NCBI RefSeq assembly: GCF_009914755.1
Contig: NC_060925.1
DNA length: 64,000 nt
Reading direction: 5' to 3' (one strand)
Source: the human T2T-CHM13v2.0 reference genome, Homo sapiens
The position numbers were made by a program, and so were the translations under genes. Below are positions 58,362 through 64,000 of this stretch, piece after piece; positions within the stretch are counted from its first letter, which is position 1; each line of letters starts with the position of its first letter. The notes beneath the pieces are model-generated. The model did no database searches. It saw only the letters and a program-made list of their open reading frames with translations, and was not told the origin of the DNA.

Positions 58362-58362
<1 letters not shown>

Positions 58363-58450
58363 AAATCCAGATTTTGGTAAAGTTGTATGCATCAAGGTAT
58401 TTATAGCCACTTCAATTATAGCATTCAAATATTGCAAACAATTATTTTAA

Positions 58451-58731
58451 TATAGAGGGTCTCCTTCTGTCCCCTCAGCTGGAGTGCAATGGTGCAACCT
58501 TGGCTCACTGCAGCCTCAGCCTCCTGGAGTGATCCTCCTACCTTAGCCTTCTGAGTAGCTAGGAATACAGGTTTGTGCCACCATGCATGGCTGATTTTTG
58601 TGTTTTTTTTTTTTTAGACATGAGGCCTCACTGTGTTGCCCAGGCTGATCTAGAATTCCGAGCTCAAGCAATCCTCCCACCTTGGCCTCTGAAAGTGCTG
58701 GGATTACAAGTGTGAGCCACAGCACACAGCC
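58451..58731 (-). mobile_element. Alu (AluJ-type)
   Basis: GCTCACTGCAGCCTC, TGTTGCCCAGGCTG.TCT.GAA.TCC..GCTCAAGC.ATCCTCCC; TSD-like AAACAATT.TTT(T)AA on both sides. Confidence 0.9.
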
Positions 58732-59974
58732 TGAAAACAATTTTTAAAAGGAAAGGAAATGAAAAGGAAATAGTTAAGAAAATTATACCATGGAGAGTCA
58801 ATGTTATATGTTCATAAAAAATTGGTGATAGTAATATTAGGGCAAAATGGGAATATTGGTTTTTTTGACCAATTTCAAAGTGCCGTATCAATGCTGTTCT
58901 TTTCTTTTAAAAAATAATTTTGAATTCATACAATAAAACAAAATAAATGCATGATACATTTTAAACACAACAAATTATAAATGTATAATAAGACATGCAG
59001 TGGAATTATAAATTTATATTTTGCATTGAAATATAAACATAATGAAGTATTTTCAGGGAACAAAATAAAGTGAAAAATATATTTAATTAGGAAACATTTA
59101 AAGGAAAATGATACTTGATCTTTTTTCCGAAAAACATCACTATCTTCAAAAAAGTGTCTATATTGTCAACGTTAACTCATGAGTGTATTTTTGTGCAGAT
59201 TATTACCTGCTGATGAAGAAGACCTTTCTGATTCTATATTAGTCAACAGAATGGTGCAGAGACAGGCTATTAAATAACTCCAAATACTTTTCTCTAAATA
59301 ATTACCTTCAAAGAATTTACAAATCTCAGTTAATAACCTTGTGGAGATATTTTAAATAAGATTTTAGGATTTTTTTCCTGATTTTGCAAACTTCTCATTG
59401 ATAGCAAACTATATATTTTGTTTCATTACAAAGTGTATTTTCCTGGTTTGTCCTTTAATTTTATCATGAATAGTTAAAAGTTTGGTGCAGACTTACCTTT
59501 ATCAGTTTCAATTCTGATTTTTTCATAGTCTACTACTTTGAAATGTTTTTGAAATAGAATAAAAATTGTTCTTGAAAAAGAAGGTTTGCAATATCACAAT
59601 ACACTGCCTATTTAGACTCATTAGCATAGAACTGGCTAGATGAGTAATTGATTTGTCTTTTCACATTAATTATATAACAGAGTCAATGATTTTATCTGAA
59701 TAAAATACTGATGCAGATTTCAGATTTTTAAAATGCCAACATGATGACTTAATGTTAATAAAATAGTACCAGAGTATTGATTCCTAAAAATAGCCCTGAA
59801 TACTGGAAAAACTGACCACAGTAAGTATTATAAACACGATTTTAAATGGTTCTTATAAATACTATTCAATGACATGGAAGATTATTAGGGTATAATTTTA
59901 AGTAAAGAACAGAAAGATACAAATTACATATACAACGCTATTTATAATAATAAATACTATATAGTAAATATTTG

Positions 59975-60690
59975 TTATGCACAAGTTTGGTGATATTATA
60001 TATATATGCTTTTGTCCATGGTTCCTGGCTCATTAACTCCCATGGCCCTTTTTATAATGCTGGGGAGCTTTAGGCCTCAGGAACGGTTCTCAGTAAACAG
60101 TCTTTTTCTCTCTGACCTTCTCCTGCCCTCCTTTCACCTGCTCCTTTTTCTCTTCAAGGCAGAAATCTTCTCTTGCCCTTCTGTCTTAGAGTTGGCTGTA
60201 AAGAAATTCTCTGACCTACCTTGTAGGTCATAAGATCCCCACTTCGGAAAGGTTCCTACCCCACATTCAAGGAAGGATGCTGCATGGAGAAGCCAAGAAT
60301 CTAATGAGACAGGCTTTTCTGTGTTTCTCCATTCAGTCTATTAGTATTAGATCATAACAGTTTTGTTCAATCATGTATCAGGACAATTATCCATGCTTCA
60401 ATCATGAAGTCTCCATAAAGGCCCAAGAGGACAGGGATAGGGGAGCTTCCGGATACCTGAACATGTGGAGTTTCCTAGAAGGTAGCAGGCTCTGCTATCT
60501 CCAGGTAGATAGCATCCAAATTGAATTGGAGAACACCCAGCTAATGTCTAACAATATAATTGACTGCTTTCTTGCTCTGTGGCAACAAAACACACACACA
60601 CACACACACACACACAGAAGTCTTCTGTTTTGATTGTTGTTGTGGTGTGAGAGTAGAGGGGAAAAAAAGTGTGAGTTTTTTTGCCCTACA
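59975..60690 (+). mobile_element. LTR (MER21-like) containing a (CA)n tract
   Basis: TGATATTATATATATATG.TTTTGTCC..GGTTCCTGGC..AACTCC; ATGAAGTCTCCATAAA.GCCCAAGAGGACAGGG; TTGGAGAACACCCAGCT; GGTGTGAGAGTAGAGG. Confidence 0.75.
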
Positions 60691-60805
60691 GAACCAGCCA
60701 GTTTAAAGCATTTGGTGGATGAAAATGTATGTTCATTTTGAGATAACTCTGTGAAATAAGTACGCCTCACCATTTTTCAAATGAAGATCTGAATATAGAA
60801 ATAAG

Positions 60806-61382
60806 CACCTGTGGACAGATGAATGGATAAAGAAAATGTGGTATATACATATATGATGAAATATATTATTCACCCATAAATAAGAAGGAAACCCTGCTAT
60901 TTGTGATGACATGGATGAACCTAGAAGACACTATGCTAAGTGAAATAAGCCAGGCACAGAGAGATAAATATTGTGTCATCTCACTTATACATAGAATCTA
61001 AAATAGCCAAACTCATAGAAACAGAGAGTAGAATCGTGGTTGCCAGGGTCTGGGACAGGAGAAATTGGGAAATAGGGAGATATTGGTAAGAGTACAATGT
61101 TTCAGTTATGCAGGCTGAACAAATTATGGAGATCAAAGGTACTGCATGGTGACTATACCTAACATTACTGCATTATTGTATCGTTGAAATTAGGTAAGAG
61201 AGTAGATATTCATTGTTCTCACCACAAAGACCCAAAGATAACCATGTGAAGTGATGATTGTGTCAATTGATTTGTGTTAATTCTGTCACAATGTATATTT
61301 GTATTAAAACATCATGTTGTACACCTTAAACATATACACTTCTGTTATTATACCTCAATAAAGCTGGAGAAAAAAAGAAAAG
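60806..61382 (+). mobile_element. L1MA-type 3' end
   Basis: ACAGATGAATGGATAAAGAAAATGTGG..GCTAAGTGAAATAAGCCAGGCACAGA..GTTCTCACCACAAA..TACCTCAATAAAGCTGG, then an A tail. Confidence 0.88.
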
Positions 61383-62410
61383 AAGTAAATATCTGAGGCT
61401 TAAGAATAGAGTGAGTCTGATGTCATTTGCTAGTAAGTGGCAGTGAGGTGGTGCCTGAATCCCATCTCAAAGCCCTGGTTTCTACTGTCACATCAGCATT
61501 TTAAAATTGATTTGCCTGCAACCCATAGCAAGAGATTTGTTTAGCATTTCAAACTCAGTACGTGGGCAAACACACCTAAGCACACACATGATGCTATATA
61601 GATATACGACACTAAAGAGTGCCATATCTTAACTCACCCCTCCTTTTTAGCTTGTATCCTAACAATTTGGTACTGCATGTTGATGAAGTAGATCCACCTC
61701 TTCCTGTCAGAACAACAGGAAAACAAACTTCCTCTTTTCAGGAGTGGCCTCGAGACACAGTGGAATATCTTGGCCAATTATTGTCAGAAAAACATCTATC
61801 AATTATGGAAAAATCAGAGTTATTGTTTTACACCAAATCATCCGGTATTTTAATAAATAACACTAAAGCATGTTGTTCAATTTAACTTATTTACTTATCT
61901 GGAGGTCTATTTTCTGACTAACCACTCACATGGATATAACTGTTCAAAATCAAATATGTTACAGGAAGCATGTTACTCAATGGGTAGACATCAGAAATGC
62001 ATAGATCTGAAGTTGAATTATGAGGAATTTGCCAGGCACTATCCTCAAGTACACCTGCTGCATAGCTCCTATAGAGGCAAAATCCTGGCAGGATTTTAAA
62101 TTTTAATGATCAATTCTTTTTTCCTTCGTGTCTTGAATATTTATTGAACACCTAAGAGCAAGACACTGTGCAAGGCCTTAGGAATGTCATGGTGAAGAGG
62201 ACAGTTGGGAGCCTTGCAAAGCTCAGGACTTCGTTGTTTATATTTGTTATGTTTTAACTATGATCCTAGCACCTAGAACTGGTTACTTGGCTTTGCCCTT
62301 CAAAGGTCTAAAACATTTTCCAAAACTAAACTTCTCCACTTCTCTTCCCCTATTTACTCCTCCAAACAGAACAAAAAAGAAACAAAAAACCCCAAACAAA
62401 ACAAATCCTC

Positions 62411-62824
62411 TGATATGGTTTGAATCTGCGTCCCCCTCACAAATCTGATGTTCAATTTTAATCCTCATTGTTGAAGGTGGGGCCTGGTGGAAGGTGATTG
62501 AATCGTGGAGGTGGTTTCTCACGGTTTAACACCATCCCACTTGGACCTATCATTGCAATAGTGCGTTCTCATGAGATCTAGTTGTTTCAAAGTGTGTGAC
62601 ACCTCTCCGCACTCTCTCTTGCTCCTGCCCTGACCATGTCAGATATGCCTGCTTCTCCTTTGCCTTCCACCATGATTATAAGTTTCCTGAGACCTCCCCA
62701 GAAGCAGAAGCCACTATACTTCCTGTACAGACTGCAAAACTGTGAGCCAGTCAAACCTCTTTTCTTTATGAGTTACTCAATCTCAGGTATTTTCTTTACA
62801 TCAGTGTGAGAATGAACTGAAATC
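62411..62824 (+). mobile_element. MaLR solo LTR (MSTA-like)
   Basis: TGATATGGTTTG..GAAGGTGGGGCCTGGTGG.AGGTGATTG..TTCCACCATGATT.TAAGTTTCCTGAG..TGTGAGAATG.ACT.A. Confidence 0.88.
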
Positions 62825-62963
62825 TGAAACTGAATTGTGTATACTTCCACCTTTAAGTTATAAGCAATTCTGTCCTCTTACTTGAAATACAATCCTCTCA
62901 ATTACCCTTGACTTCTCTCTCACACCCAGTCTAACCCATCAGCAAATTCTGTGAGCTTTATCT

Positions 62964-63256
62964 TTTTGTTGTTGTTATTGAGACATGATATCACTCTGTT
63001 GCCCAGGGTGGAGTGCGGTAGCACCATCACAGCTCATTGCAGCCTCCACCTCCTAGACTCAAGGGTTCCTCCCATCTCAGCTTCCCAAGTAAATGGGACT
63101 ACAGGCACACACCACCACACTCAGGTAATTTTTGTATTTTTTGTAGAGTCTCACTGTATTGCCCAGGCTGATCTCCAACTCCGGGACTCAAGGGATCTCC
63201 CCACCTCAGCCTCCCAAAGTGCTAGGATTACAGGCATGAGCCACTCTGCCTGGCCC
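62964..63256 (-). mobile_element. Alu (AluJ-type) interrupting an L2 remnant (~62900-63885)
   Basis: Alu reverse complement with TSD-like TGAGCTTTATCTT/TGAACTCTATCTT. L2 phrases CCAAGCCACCAT, CACAGCAGTCAGAGT.ATC.TTT and GCTTAAATGTCACCT flank it. Confidence 0.88.
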
Positions 63257-63885
63257 ATGAACTCTATCTTCACAATCTATTCAAAATCGCTTCACTTTTT
63301 ACTGCTACCACCACCTTGATACTGGTCCAAGCCACCATTATTGCCTTTCCTAGATTTCCCCATCTGTCTCTTACCTGGACTTTCTGCTCCCAATTTTGGC
63401 CTTATATAGTCCATGCTCAACACAGCAGTCAGAGTAATCATTTTAAGATGTAAATTGCATCATGACACTGCTCTAGTCAAAATTGTCTAATGACAATTCA
63501 TGTTCATTCAGAATTGAAGCCAAAGCTCTACCACTGACCCACAGATCCCTACATAACCTGAACTCACCTGTATCTGTTTAACTTCACCTTCTATAATTCC
63601 TCTTGCCCCACCTCCAAACTCAATTCAACTCTACTAGTGCAAGTGCTGGTCTCCTGGAGGACTTCAAGTTCCACCCTAATTTTCACAGGACATTGTCTGT
63701 CTCAGTTACCAGCTTAGCACTGGCACATGGCTTTTGCACTTCAGGTATCTGCTTAAATGTCACCTTATAAAAGGACCCTTTCTGACAACACTATTAAAAA
63801 AAGCTTCAGTCCTAAATTTGTCATTCCTTTTCCAAGGTCTTCATTTTCTCCACTGAATTTACTACCATCTGAGAAAATACATAGT

Positions 63886-63886
<1 letters not shown>

Positions 63887-63952
<66 letters not shown>
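63887..63952. repeat. (TA)n(TG)n compound microsatellite
   Basis: Direct inspection. Confidence 0.95.
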
Positions 63953-64000
63953 TTATAAACTGAAACTCATTGTTATAGTTTATTACTATAAAAGGATACA

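Overview
Human (or closely related great-ape) genomic DNA, AT-rich and dense in primate repeats, containing the 5' end of the endothelial adhesion GPCR gene ADGRL4 (ELTD1) on the minus strand. A small CpG island (~43050-43330) holds the promoter and exon 1 (CDS 43120-43099, MKRLPLL). Exon 2 (41685-41536) encodes the rest of the signal peptide and the first EGF domain. Positions 1-41535 are part of the very long intron 2; no further coding exon was found. The intron carries a non-coding two-LTR ERV1-type provirus (MER61-like, 2645-8207) with a nested solo LTR22-like LTR and a tiny L1 tail, plus many Alu, L1, MIR, L2, MaLR and CR1 fragments. Upstream of the gene are a 2.2 kb 5'-truncated L1PA with TSDs and several more LTRs and Alus. 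The most unusual structure lies 1.5-5.4 kb upstream of the promoter. It is a ~99% identical 501-bp inverted duplication (Alu plus non-Alu flank; 44699-45199 / 48108-48608) with a stuttered junction, enclosing a head-to-head Alu pair. Junction evidence suggests it is the footprint of a recent ~2.9 kb staggered-break or template-switch inversion. Almost all ORFs in the supplied track are repeat-derived or spurious, and I see no evidence for a novel multi-gene system. Repeat family names are from recognition of consensus sequences, not a database search.
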